Assembly: GCA_018653485.1 (NCBI GenBank)
Contig: JABHZE010000006.1
Span: forward strand, 196,491 to 260,490
Reading direction: 5' to 3'
Length of the DNA: 64,000 nt
Origin: an archaeon
Lineage (GTDB): Archaea > Nanobdellota > Nanobdellia > Pacearchaeales > GW2011-AR1
The notes below the pieces were generated by a model, which worked only from the letters and a program-made list of their open reading frames with translations, made no database searches and was not told the DNA's origin. This document shows positions 8,477 to 18,191 of the stretch, piece by piece. Each line of letters opens with the position of its first letter. The stretch's first letter is position 1. The position numbers and the translations under genes are program-made.

Positions 8477-10885
8477 ATGGCAAATAAATATAATGTTCAA
8501 GAAGTTGAAAGTAAGATCAGAGAATTCTGGGAAAAAAAGAAAATTTATAAATTTGATAAAAAAAGAAAAGGAGAGATTTATAGTATTGATACTCCACCTC
8601 CAACTGTTTCTGGTAAGATGCATATAGGGCATTCATTTTCTTATTCTCAACAAGATTTTATTGCAAGGTTTAATCGGATGAAGGGGAATGTTTTTTATCC
8701 GTTTGGAACTGATGATAATGGATTACCTACTGAAAGATTAATTGAGAAAACTAAAAAAGTTAAGAGTAAAAATATGTCTAGAGCTGAATTTATTAAATTA
8801 TGTTTAAAGACTTTAAAAGAGATAACTCCTGATTTTATTGATGATTGGAAAAAATTAGGAATAAGTTGTGATTATGATATTTATTATTCGACTATTGATG
8901 AAAATTCTAGGAAGATTTCACAAAATTCTTTTCTTGAACTTTATGGGAAGGAGTTAGTTTACAAAAAAGAGTTTCCAACACTTTGGTGTCCTGATTGTCA
9001 GACTGCAATTGCTCAAGCAGAGTTAGAGGATAAGGAAGAAAATAGTTTGTTTAGTACTTTGAAGTTTAAGGTAATGAGTTCTTCATCGGAAGAAAATTCT
9101 AAGAATGCAGAAGATTTGAAGAATGCTAAAGCTAATACTATTCTTATTGCAACAACTCGTCCAGAATTACTTTCGGCATGTGTAGCTGTTTTTGTTAATC
9201 CTAAAGATAAAAGATATAAAAAATTAGTTGGGAAAAAAGCTAAGGTTCCTTTATTTGATTTTGAAGTTCCAATTTTGGAAGATGAGAGTGCAGATATGGA
9301 AAAGGGAACAGGGGTTTTGATGATTTGTTCATATGGGGATAGATTTGATGTAGATGCAATTAATAGGCATAAGTTGGATGCTAAATTGGTTTTAGGAAAG
9401 GATGGGAAAATCTTAGATGGAGATTATGAGGGGTTGAAAGTTAAACAAGCTAGAAAGCAAGTTTTAGAAGATTTGGATAAGGCTGGATTGATTGTTGATA
9501 AAAAAGAGATTAGTCATGTTGTTAATGTTCATGATAAATGTGGTAATTGCATAGAATTTTTAACAACAGAGCAATGGTTTATTAAAATTTTAGATAAGAA
9601 AAATGAATTGATTAAGCAAGGTAAGAAAATTAAATGGTATCCTGAATATATGTTTAAGAGATATGAGAATTGGGTTAATGGTTTAGAATGGGATTGGAGT
9701 ATTTCTAGGGAAAGACATTTCGGTATTCCTATTCCTGTTTGGTATTGTGATGATTGTAATGAAATTATTTTAGCTGATAAAAAAGAATTGCCTGTCGATC
9801 CTTTACAAATTAAAAAGAAATGTCCTAAGTGTAAGAAGAATGCTAAGGGTGAAGAAAAGGTTTTGGATACTTGGGCAACTTCGTCTTTAACACCTCAAAT
9901 TGCAAGTAATATTGTTAAAGGGGATGTGAAGTTACCTTATAGTTTAAGGCCGCAAGCACATGATATAATTAGAACTTGGGCATTTTACACAATTATAAAA
10001 TCTTTGTATCATGAAAATAAAATTCCTTGGGATAATGTGATGGTTTCTGGATTTGTTACATTAAAGGGTGAGAAGATGAGTAAAAGTAAGGGTAATGTTA
10101 TTCAGCCTCAAGAAGTTCTTGAAAATTATGGCGCAGATGCATTAAGATTTTGGGCAGCTAGTTCAAAGTTAGGTGAAGATTTAGATTATCAAGAAAAGGA
10201 TTTAATTACTGGAAAGAAATTTATAAATAAATTAATCAATGCTTCAAGATTTGTATTTATGAATTTAGAAGATTTTAATGGGAAGAGGCCTAAGAAACTT
10301 GAAGTTATAGATGAATTATTTTTAGTAAAAGTTGATGAGTTAATTAAAAGTGTAACAGAGAGATTTGAAAATTATGAATATTCAAAGGCTAAAATGGAAG
10401 TGGAGAAGTTTTTTTGGAATATGTTTTGCGATAATTATTTAGAGATTGTTAAGAAAAGGATTTATCAAAATAAAAAAGGGAAAGAATCTGCACAATATGC
10501 TTTGTATAATGGTCTGCTTAATGTGTTGAAACTTATTGCTCCAATAATGCCTTTTATTACTGAAGAGATTTATCAAACTTATTTTAAGAAAAATGAGAAA
10601 GATGAAAGTATTCATTTGAGTGAGTGGCCGGTTGTGAGTTTATTGCTTAAGGGTAATAAAGATTCGAAAATAGCTGAAAATTCAAAATTTGATAAATTAA
10701 TTGATATTATTGTAAAAGTAAGGCAGAAGAAATCAGATAATAAAAAATCTATGAATTCTGAAATTGTGTTGCATATTTCTAAAAAAGAATATGATGAAAT
10801 TGGAGATATGATTGAAGATTTGAAAGATGTTACAAATGCTGTTGAGGTTAAGGAAGGAAGATTTAAGGTTGAGTTTGTTGAATAA
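8477..10885 (+). CDS. valS: Valyl-tRNA synthetase
   Basis: PPPTVSGKMHIGH (HIGH), GTDDNGLPTE, TTRPELL...VAVFVNPKD, and KMSKSKGN. Confidence 0.9.
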   Translation: MANKYNVQEVESKIREFWEKKKIYKFDKKRKGEIYSIDTPPPTVSGKMHIGHSFSYSQQDFIARFNRMKGNVFYPFGTDDNGLPTERLIEKTKKVKSKNMSRAEFIKLCLKTLKEITPDFIDDWKKLGISCDYDIYYSTIDENSRKISQNSFLELYGKELVYKKEFPTLWCPDCQTAIAQAELEDKEENSLFSTLKFKVMSSSSEENSKNAEDLKNAKANTILIATTRPELLSACVAVFVNPKDKRYKKLVGKKAKVPLFDFEVPILEDESADMEKGTGVLMICSYGDRFDVDAINRHKLDAKLVLGKDGKILDGDYEGLKVKQARKQVLEDLDKAGLIVDKKEISHVVNVHDKCGNCIEFLTTEQWFIKILDKKNELIKQGKKIKWYPEYMFKRYENWVNGLEWDWSISRERHFGIPIPVWYCDDCNEIILADKKELPVDPLQIKKKCPKCKKNAKGEEKVLDTWATSSLTPQIASNIVKGDVKLPYSLRPQAHDIIRTWAFYTIIKSLYHENKIPWDNVMVSGFVTLKGEKMSKSKGNVIQPQEVLENYGADALRFWAASSKLGEDLDYQEKDLITGKKFINKLINASRFVFMNLEDFNGKRPKKLEVIDELFLVKVDELIKSVTERFENYEYSKAKMEVEKFFWNMFCDNYLEIVKKRIYQNKKGKESAQYALYNGLLNVLKLIAPIMPFITEEIYQTYFKKNEKDESIHLSEWPVVSLLLKGNKDSKIAENSKFDKLIDIIVKVRQKKSDNKKSMNSEIVLHISKKEYDEIGDMIEDLKDVTNAVEVKEGRFKVEFVE

Positions 10886-10910
10886 AATTGATTATAATAA
10901 TTTTTATAAA
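10847..10910 (+). repeat. Copy 1 of a duplicated segment: the authentic valS 3' end, stop codon and a TTTTTATAAA promoter
   Basis: 64 nt match 11368-11431 with 4 mismatches by my hand alignment. Confidence 0.85.
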
Positions 10911-10931
10911 GGTTAGATTGTTTTGTTTATT

Positions 10932-11351
10932 ATGGTAATTTCAACCTCGACTCAATCACAAGATAGAGATTATTTAAAATATTTTGAAGGTGGAAGAGAA
11001 GGATTTTATGAAAGATTTGGAAAAGCTCTTAGAGAGAGTGGACCTAGTGTAAATGGATTAGAGTTTCTTCAATTACCTAAGGAAACAGGAATTGCACGTG
11101 ATTCTATTGTTCGTGCTTCAAGAGGAGATCTAAGTCAGCTTTCTAATGAACAAATTCATAGGGTAGCAGAAATATTTAAGTTACCTTCTATTGATAAAAT
11201 ATTAGGGATGCCAACAATTCCAGAAGATGATAAACATGAGTTATATAAGGAGATAAGGGATGGAGATGGATTTATGCCAGTTAGTGGAGAAGCATCTTAT
11301 GATAAAATAGTTCTAGTTAATGTATTTATTAGAGCAAGTAATCAGTTATAA
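10932..11351 (+). CDS. Small Cro/C1 (XRE)-like HTH protein, paralog 1
   Basis: GIARDSIVRASRGDLSQLSNEQIHRVAEIF is an HTH-like segment. The protein is homologous to 11454-11867 (EGGREG.YERFG.AL, IRAS.QL). The ATG at 10932 lies 22 nt after the TATA box; the track start at 10923 is TTG. Confidence 0.6.
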   Translation: MVISTSTQSQDRDYLKYFEGGREGFYERFGKALRESGPSVNGLEFLQLPKETGIARDSIVRASRGDLSQLSNEQIHRVAEIFKLPSIDKILGMPTIPEDDKHELYKEIRDGDGFMPVSGEASYDKIVLVNVFIRASNQL

Positions 11352-11367
11352 TTAACATCTTTATGAT

Positions 11368-11431
11368 TATTAAAGAAGGTAGATTTAAGGTTGAGTTTGT
11401 TGAGTAAAATTGATTATAATAATTTTTATAA
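11368..11431 (+). repeat. Copy 2: a non-functional remnant of the valS 3' end (still reads IKEGRFKVEFVE*) plus the duplicated promoter
   Basis: ATTAAAGAAGGTAGATTTAAGGTTGAGTTTGTTGAGTAAAATTGATTATAATAATTTTTATAAA. Confidence 0.85.
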
Positions 11432-11453
11432 ACTATAAATTATCTAATTTATT

Positions 11454-11867
11454 ATGAATAATCCAACATCAGCTCAAACACAAGACATAGATTTTTTAGC
11501 TTATTGTGAAGGAGGAAGAGAAGGAGTTTATGAAAGATTTGGACAAGCACTTTATAGGGAGATTAGTGTTCTAAATACTTTGCATTTTATGGAGATTTTA
11601 CAAATTAATCAATTAAATTATTCTGAAGTTATTTCTGCACGTTCTGGAGATTTATATCCAATTTCTAATGAGAGTGTAAATCAGATTATGTCTGTATTTG
11701 AAATTGATTGTGGAGATGTCTTAGGAGATATAACAATTCCTAAAAAAGATAGGTCTAAATTATTGGAAAGAATGAGGGAAGAAAATCCTGAATTAAATGA
11801 TGAACCACCTTATAGGGATTTAACACTAGAGATTTATGTTAATATAAGGGCATCAGAACAATTATAA
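11454..11867 (+). CDS. Small Cro/C1 (XRE)-like HTH protein, paralog 2
   Basis: Same architecture as 10932-11351, with identical TATA-to-ATG spacing. Confidence 0.6.
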   Translation: MNNPTSAQTQDIDFLAYCEGGREGVYERFGQALYREISVLNTLHFMEILQINQLNYSEVISARSGDLYPISNESVNQIMSVFEIDCGDVLGDITIPKKDRSKLLERMREENPELNDEPPYRDLTLEIYVNIRASEQL

Positions 11868-11922
11868 TTACTTTTTATTTATCTATCCAAACAATTAAAA
11901 ACGCTTCTAACTACCCTTTAAA

Positions 11923-13020
11923 ATGGCAATGGATGATAAGGAAAGAGACAAATTAGAAGAATTTGCAGAATTAGTAAAAAGTTATAGAGCGAGACATACT
12001 GAATTGATTACTGTGTATGTTCCTGCAGGATTTGATATTAATTTGATTACTAAACAACTTGAAAGTGAGAAGTCTACTGCTGCTAATATTAAGTCTACTA
12101 CTACTCGGAAGAATGTTCAAGATGCTTTAGAGAGTTTGGTTAGGGTTTGTAAGGGAATGAGGCAAACTCCTAAAAATGGGCTTGCATTGTTTGCAGGGAA
12201 TGTTTCTCAAGTTGAAGGACAAGATGATTTTATTACAGAAGCTTTTGAGCCTCCTGAAGAATTAGGGGTTAGATTGTATAGGTGTGATCAGACTTTTGTT
12301 ATTGATCCTTTGGATGATATGTTAGAGGTTAAAGAAATTTATGGTTTAATTGTTATTGATAGAAAAGAAGCTGCTATTGGTTTATTGATTGGTAAGAAGA
12401 TTAAGATGTTGCAACATTTTGATAGTTTTGTGCCTGGAAAAACTACTAAAGGTGGACAATCGGCTGCAAGGTATGCTCGTATTAGGGATGGTTTAGCAAA
12501 GGAATTTTTTAGGAAAATTGCAGAGGTTGTTAAAGATGAATTTTTTGATTTAAAGGGTTTGAAAGGTGTATTGGTTGGAGGGCCTGGGCCTACAAAAGAA
12601 GATTTTTTGAAAGAAGGAAATTTAGTTACTGCTATTAAAGATAAGGTTTTGGCTGTGAAGGATATTGGTTATGCTGATGAACATGGATTGGGATTATTGG
12701 TTGAAGTTTCTGAAGATGTTTTAGCTAATCAGGAAATTATTTATGAAAAAAAGATTCTTGAAAAGTTTTTTGATCAACTTGGAAAACATAAAGATAAAAC
12801 AGTTTATGGAAAAGAAGATGTTGAGAAAGCATTAGGGATGGGGGCTGTTGAATTATTATTGTTAAGTAAAAAATTAGATAAAAAAGATATTCGAAAGTTT
12901 GAAAAAAAAGCTATGGAAACTTCTACAAAAATAGAATTAGTTTCGGTAGATACTGATGATGGATTGCAATTTTGGAATTTGGGTGGAATTGGTGGTGAAT
13001 TGAGATTTAAGTTGCAGTGA
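11923..13020 (+). CDS. prf1: Peptide chain release factor aRF1
   Basis: NIKS motif (TAANIKSTTTRKN) and GGQ motif (KGGQSAARYARIR). Confidence 0.9.
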   Translation: MAMDDKERDKLEEFAELVKSYRARHTELITVYVPAGFDINLITKQLESEKSTAANIKSTTTRKNVQDALESLVRVCKGMRQTPKNGLALFAGNVSQVEGQDDFITEAFEPPEELGVRLYRCDQTFVIDPLDDMLEVKEIYGLIVIDRKEAAIGLLIGKKIKMLQHFDSFVPGKTTKGGQSAARYARIRDGLAKEFFRKIAEVVKDEFFDLKGLKGVLVGGPGPTKEDFLKEGNLVTAIKDKVLAVKDIGYADEHGLGLLVEVSEDVLANQEIIYEKKILEKFFDQLGKHKDKTVYGKEDVEKALGMGAVELLLLSKKLDKKDIRKFEKKAMETSTKIELVSVDTDDGLQFWNLGGIGGELRFKLQ

Positions 13021-13071
13021 TTTAGAACATAATCTTTAAGTATTATATTTCTTATTCTTAAATGTACTAAA

Positions 13072-13746
13072 ATGGAAAAAGAGAATATTGTGAGTTCAGA
13101 GACTGTGAAAGAAATTGATGAGAGTAATGAAGTTGAAAATTTAAAGAAAGTTGAGGCAGCATTATTTATATCTGCGAGATTTTTAACTTTGAATGAATTA
13201 GTTTTGCTTACTGATGTTAATCCTTTAATGATTAAAGAATTATTAGAAAAATTGATTTTAAAGTATAATCAAGATGAATCTGCTATTGAAATTGTTGTTA
13301 GAGATGGTATGTGGAAAATGGATGTTAGGCAAGAGTATGTTTCTATGATAAATAAATTAGCTACTGGAAGTTCTGAGTTTAGTAAGGCTGAGCAAGAGAC
13401 ATTAGCTGTTATTGCGTATAAGCAACCTGTTAAACAATCTGTTATAATTAAGATTAGAGGGAATAAAGCTTATGAGCATATTAAGAATTTTATTGGTATT
13501 GGATTGGTTCAGGCAAAAAGAGCAGGACATACTAAGGAATTAAGTTTAAGTGATGATTTTTTTGAATATTTTCATGTTCAGGATAAGGGTGGTTCTGATG
13601 AAGGGAGTTCTAATTCTGAGGAATCTGAGGAGTTGAAAAATGCTGATGAAAGTATTCCAAAATCAGGAGATTTAGAAAATTCCAATCATACTGATTCAGG
13701 AGGTATCTCTGATTCATCAAAATCAGAGGATTCCAATAATGCGTAA
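13072..13746 (+). CDS. scpB: Segregation and condensation protein B (ScpB) with an acidic, Ser-rich tail
   Basis: VEAALFIS...LTLNEL and LAVIAYKQPVKQSVIIKIRG... indicate tandem winged-helix domains. Confidence 0.78.
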   Translation: MEKENIVSSETVKEIDESNEVENLKKVEAALFISARFLTLNELVLLTDVNPLMIKELLEKLILKYNQDESAIEIVVRDGMWKMDVRQEYVSMINKLATGSSEFSKAEQETLAVIAYKQPVKQSVIIKIRGNKAYEHIKNFIGIGLVQAKRAGHTKELSLSDDFFEYFHVQDKGGSDEGSSNSEESEELKNADESIPKSGDLENSNHTDSGGISDSSKSEDSNNA

Positions 13747-14377
13747 ACCAAGATTAAATGATTTTTCAAAATATTTTTTTTGGTTAGTCGGATTGTTATT
13801 TATGATTTTAGCAATTATGGCTGTAGGAGAGTCTTTTGCAAATGATAATCCTTTTCAGATATTTTGGTTATGTTATTTAGGACTTTTTTTAACAGGATTA
13901 GGGATTTTTAGAAGAGATACTTTCTTGTTAATAAGTCAGATGAATATTTTGATGATTCCAATTATTATTTGGGGTATTGATTTTTTTTATGTTGTTTTTT
14001 TTAATCAATCCTTATTTGGAATAACTGATTATTTTTTTCAAGGAGAGAAGATTTTTATTTCTGTTTTTATAAATTCTCAACATTTATTTATAGTTCCACT
14101 TTCACTTCTTGCAATATATTTTATAGGTGTTAAGGGAAAAGATATGTGGAAATGGAGTATGGCTCAATTAGCAGTATTTTTTGTAATAATTAGATTATTT
14201 ACTCCTGTTGAAATGAATATTAATTATGCATTTCAACCTTTTAGTTTAATTGATTTTGTTCCTTTGAAATATTATGGTTTTTTGTGGTTTATTCTTTTAT
14301 TTGTGATGGTTTATGTAACTAATTGGTTATTGGGTAGGTTAGGTCAATTAAGGATGAAAAATAATAGAATACAATAA
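13739..14377 (+). CDS. Multi-pass membrane protein
   Basis: About 6 TM segments. Its start overlaps the scpB stop and it lies directly upstream of the GT2 synthase. Confidence 0.6.
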   Translation: MRKPRLNDFSKYFFWLVGLLFMILAIMAVGESFANDNPFQIFWLCYLGLFLTGLGIFRRDTFLLISQMNILMIPIIIWGIDFFYVVFFNQSLFGITDYFFQGEKIFISVFINSQHLFIVPLSLLAIYFIGVKGKDMWKWSMAQLAVFFVIIRLFTPVEMNINYAFQPFSLIDFVPLKYYGFLWFILLFVMVYVTNWLLGRLGQLRMKNNRIQ

Positions 14378-14409
14378 TCTTTAAAACTACATTATAACTT
14401 TAACAAATC

Positions 14410-15642
14410 ATGGATTTAATAATAATCGTTTATCTGACTTTGATGTTTATTGCACTTTATATGCTCTCATTTTTCATAATTTTAACTATTACTAATAAGA
14501 ATCGATTATTTGATTATGAAAGACCAAAAAAAGAATATTTTGTGAGTATTTTAATTCCAGCATTTAATGAAGAAGATACTATTAATGGGACTATAGAGCA
14601 TATAGCTGCTTTAAATTATCCAAAAAATAAGTTAGAAATAATAATAATTAATGATGGTAGTAAGGATAATACCAATAAAATAATAAAAAAAGCAATGAAA
14701 AAATATCCTTTTTTGAAACTTTTAGATAAAAAAAATTCTGGAAAAGCAGATTCTTTAAATCAAGGAATAAAAATGGCAAAAGGGGAATTAATTGCTGTTG
14801 TTGATTCAGATTCATTTCCATCAAAGAATTCATTAAAAAAATTAACTGGATTTTTTAATAATCCTCAAATGGGGGCTGTGACTTCTTTTGTAACTGTAAG
14901 AAATAGGAATGTAAATCTTTTAACTAAAATACAATCTTTAGAATATATGGTTTTGGGCTGGGCAAGAAAACTTTTGGATTTTGTAGATAGTGTTTATGTG
15001 ACAAATGGGCCTTTAAGTGTTTATAGGAAAAAATATGTAGAAGAGGTGGGTGGATTTGATTTAACTACTGTAACAGAGGATATTGATATAACTTGGAATC
15101 TTCTTAATCATGATTATAAAACTGCAATGTGTTTGGATGCAAGGGTTTCAACTGAGGTTCCTTCAAAATTTAAAGCATGGTTTATGCAAAGGTCGCGTTG
15201 GGGGCTTGGAGGATTACAAGCAATAGCAAAATACAAAAAAATGTTTTTTAGAAAAGGAATGTTTGGTGCATTTATTTTACCTTTTGTTTCATTTAGTATA
15301 ATCGTAAGTATTTTTGGGTTTTTATTTTCTAGTTATCTTATTTTAAGATCTACATTTAGTAGATTTATAGTAACTGCGTATTCTGCATCATCTGGAGCAT
15401 CACTTTTTCATTTTCAAGAATTAAATTTTTATCCATCTGTTTTACTTTTTTATCTTTTAATTTTATTTTCTGCATCTATAATTTATTATAATTATGTTTT
15501 ATTTAAAACAAAATATGAAGATAATTTTTCACTTAAAAGATTTCTTAATCTCTTATTATATATTTTAATATATTTGTCAACTTATTCAATTATTTGGTTT
15601 CATTCAATATATAGATTTGTTAAAGGGGATAATAGATGGTGA
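14410..15642 (+). CDS. Processive family-2 glycosyltransferase (NodC/chitin/PgaC/hyaluronan-synthase-like membrane synthase)
   Basis: N-terminal TM, then DGSKD, DSD (VVDSDSF), TED (TVTEDIDIT) and the Q(R/Q)xRW motif (QRSRWGLGG), followed by about 4 C-terminal TM helices. Confidence 0.85.
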   Translation: MDLIIIVYLTLMFIALYMLSFFIILTITNKNRLFDYERPKKEYFVSILIPAFNEEDTINGTIEHIAALNYPKNKLEIIIINDGSKDNTNKIIKKAMKKYPFLKLLDKKNSGKADSLNQGIKMAKGELIAVVDSDSFPSKNSLKKLTGFFNNPQMGAVTSFVTVRNRNVNLLTKIQSLEYMVLGWARKLLDFVDSVYVTNGPLSVYRKKYVEEVGGFDLTTVTEDIDITWNLLNHDYKTAMCLDARVSTEVPSKFKAWFMQRSRWGLGGLQAIAKYKKMFFRKGMFGAFILPFVSFSIIVSIFGFLFSSYLILRSTFSRFIVTAYSASSGASLFHFQELNFYPSVLLFYLLILFSASIIYYNYVLFKTKYEDNFSLKRFLNLLLYILIYLSTYSIIWFHSIYRFVKGDNRW

Positions 15643-15748
15643 TAGGGATTTATTGTTTTTGATAAGTTATTTTTTGATATGTTTGATTCATATAAGTTCT
15701 ATCTCATTAATCTTTAAATAACAATTCTCCTATCTTATACTCATAAAA

Positions 15749-16444
15749 ATGAAGGGAAATAAACATGCATTTTGGCAAGCATTATTAATAGCATTATTAA
15801 TATTTTGGCTAGGAATCTTAATTGGAGTTTTTTTTGAAAATTATAGGATAGAAAATTTAGAAGAGGTTTATTTTGATTCACAAACCGGGCTTTTAGATTT
15901 TGAATTAACTTCAGAAATAATTTATAATTCTAATCTTGATTGTACAACTTTGAATGAAAAAAGTGTATATTTTGCAGATAATATCTATAAAGAGGCAATA
16001 AAATTAGAGAAATATGATGATTCAAATAAGATTACTAAGGAATTAATTACTCTTCATAGGAGATATGACTTATTACGAACTCTTTTATGGAATGGGATAA
16101 TTGAAAATAAAAGAAATTGTAATGAAAGCATAAATACAGTGGTTTATTTATATCAATATCAAGATGCTTCAATAAATAAGAAAGGTTTGCAAGGGGCAAT
16201 GAGTAGTCATTTAATAGATTTAAAAGAAAAATATCAGGATGATATAATTTTAATCCCAATAGCTGTGGATACAAATGTTGAGTCTCTTAATATTTTAAGA
16301 GAGATCTATGATTTAGATAATTTTCCAGTAATAATTGTAAATGAAAAAACAAAGTTTGAAACATTAGACTCATTAAAGGATATTGAGAAAGCTTTTGAAT
16401 TAGATAATGGTTTTGTGGATTCAGGTGTAATTGCCTTGAATTAG
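15749..16444 (+). CDS. Membrane-anchored hypothetical protein with a single N-terminal TM
   Basis: Hydrophobic segment ALLIALLIFWLGILIGVFF followed by a soluble domain. Confidence 0.55.
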   Translation: MKGNKHAFWQALLIALLIFWLGILIGVFFENYRIENLEEVYFDSQTGLLDFELTSEIIYNSNLDCTTLNEKSVYFADNIYKEAIKLEKYDDSNKITKELITLHRRYDLLRTLLWNGIIENKRNCNESINTVVYLYQYQDASINKKGLQGAMSSHLIDLKEKYQDDIILIPIAVDTNVESLNILREIYDLDNFPVIIVNEKTKFETLDSLKDIEKAFELDNGFVDSGVIALN

Positions 16445-16514
16445 GCCTTTATTGAGTTTTTTATATATTTTAAAGTATAAATAAGAATAAAAAGAGAAAC
16501 TTAGTCTGTTTAGT

Positions 16515-17471
16515 ATGGTTGAAGTATGTGTTCGATGTGGAGTGGATGGAAATGAGGTAAGACTTTTTGATGCTATTTATGATGGGTGGATGAGTTGTAT
16601 TTGTGAAAGATGTGCTATAATTGAAAATATTCCTGTTATTAAGAAACCAGAAACATCTCAATTAAAAGAATCTGAGAGAGGAGTTAATGTTTATGATAGG
16701 ATGAAGAGGATGTCTGGAATAAAGGATGTTAAGGAAGAAGATGCTTATTTTAGAGAAGATAGATTAAATGAGTTAGAAAGTAATCCTAATCTTGAAACTC
16801 CTGAGATAGAGAAATTGAATTTAATTGAGCATTTTCATTGGGAAATAATGAAGTGTAGAAGAAGGAAAGGACTTTCTCAAAAACAATTATCTGAGGGCTT
16901 AGGAGAATCTGAGATAGTTATTCAAATGATTGAAAAAGGGAAAATTCCTGAGCAACCTGAAACTTTAATTAAGAAATTAGAACAATTTTTTCAAATTAGA
17001 TTAAGGAAATTAAGTGAAGCTGAAAAAATGAGAATGTTAGAAAAGAAAGAATCTATGCCTATTTTAATTGATGATAATGGAAATGAGTTGGATAGTATTC
17101 CGGAGGAGACCCTCCCGCCCGCCCAAGAGGGGGAGAGTATTTTAAATTCTTCAAATTCTGAAGGTTCAGAGATTGATGAAGAAGAAGTAATTAAGATTGA
17201 TGAAAAAGGGGATGTTAATATAAAGGACAGTGATTTTAATAAAGTAAGGATTGCTGATTTAAGGGATTTGCATAAAAGGAAAATTGAAGTAAGTAGGCAA
17301 GAACAAATTGAAGAACAGCAAAAAATTGAGGAAAGAAGAAGAATGATTGAAGCAAGAAAAGAAGAAGCAAGATTGAAAAGTGAAAGAGAATCTAATGAAT
17401 TAGATAATGTTTTAGGTGGTAGTGAATTATTAGGGAGTGATGAAAGGGAGGTTGATAAAGAATTAGTTTAA
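16515..17471 (+). CDS. MBF1-like protein: N-terminal Zn ribbon, Cro/C1 HTH, and a long acidic coiled-coil extension
   Basis: CVRCG...CICERC is followed by RRRKGLSQKQLSEGLGESEIVIQMIEKGKIPE...LIKKLEQFF. Archaeal MBF1 is normally about 160 aa; this one is 318 aa. Confidence 0.6.
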   Translation: MVEVCVRCGVDGNEVRLFDAIYDGWMSCICERCAIIENIPVIKKPETSQLKESERGVNVYDRMKRMSGIKDVKEEDAYFREDRLNELESNPNLETPEIEKLNLIEHFHWEIMKCRRRKGLSQKQLSEGLGESEIVIQMIEKGKIPEQPETLIKKLEQFFQIRLRKLSEAEKMRMLEKKESMPILIDDNGNELDSIPEETLPPAQEGESILNSSNSEGSEIDEEEVIKIDEKGDVNIKDSDFNKVRIADLRDLHKRKIEVSRQEQIEEQQKIEERRRMIEARKEEARLKSERESNELDNVLGGSELLGSDEREVDKELV

Positions 17472-17472
17472 T

Positions 17473-17781
17473 ATGAGTGTTGGTGAAAAAAGAGAGAGTG
17501 TTCCTAAATTAGAAGGTTTAGGGGATTTGGAAGTTGATGATGGTTTAGATTCAATAGAGATGATGTTTCATTTGGGATGTCCTTCAAGACTTCCTCCTAT
17601 AAATGTTAATTTTGGAGATATTCATAAATTTAGTGATGATGATTATCTTTTATTTTCTTCAAGGGCTGAAATTGTTGAAAGTTCTAAAGGGGTTTATTCT
17701 AGGGAATTAGAAATTGCAAAAATGGTGAGTGGAAGGCCTGTGAGAGTTGTGAAGTATGTTAAGCAAGAAGATTATGAATAA
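17473..17781 (+). CDS. Hypothetical protein
   Basis: Starts 1 nt after the previous stop; no motif recognised. Confidence 0.45.
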   Translation: MSVGEKRESVPKLEGLGDLEVDDGLDSIEMMFHLGCPSRLPPINVNFGDIHKFSDDDYLLFSSRAEIVESSKGVYSRELEIAKMVSGRPVRVVKYVKQEDYE

Positions 17782-17854
17782 TGCTTTGTGAATGATTGGA
17801 GAATTTGATAGTGGTTAGAGAAAGCCTTAAAAACCCTCATTTTCTATGATTTCT

Positions 17855-18118
17855 ATGGAAATAAAAATTCTTAAAGATGAAAAGAATGAATTAGAAGTAG
17901 AAATGAATAATCAGACTATTGTAGAGTTAGTTAGAGTTTATTTGAATAAAGATAGTGCTGTTACATTAGGTGCTTGGAAAAAAGAACATTATAGTAAACC
18001 TCTTATTTTAAGAATTACAACTGAAGGAAAGAGTGCTAAGAAAGCTTTACAAGAAGCAATAGCAAAAGCTCAAAAAGATTTGAAGAAGTATGGTGATGAG
18101 TTTAAAAAGGCTAAGTAA
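17855..18118 (+). CDS. rpoL: DNA-directed RNA polymerase subunit L (Rpo11)
   Basis: MEIKILKDEKNELEVEM...KKEHYSKPLILRITTEG...AKKALQEAI follows the archaeal RpoL pattern. The TATA box at about 17824-17833 favours ATG 17855 over 17846. Confidence 0.75.
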   Translation: MEIKILKDEKNELEVEMNNQTIVELVRVYLNKDSAVTLGAWKKEHYSKPLILRITTEGKSAKKALQEAIAKAQKDLKKYGDEFKKAK

Positions 18119-18191
18119 TTTTTTAAAGGAAGTTTTTAATGAGTTAAAAGATTACATAAATGCTTATAATATAATTCTGTTTTGATTATTT

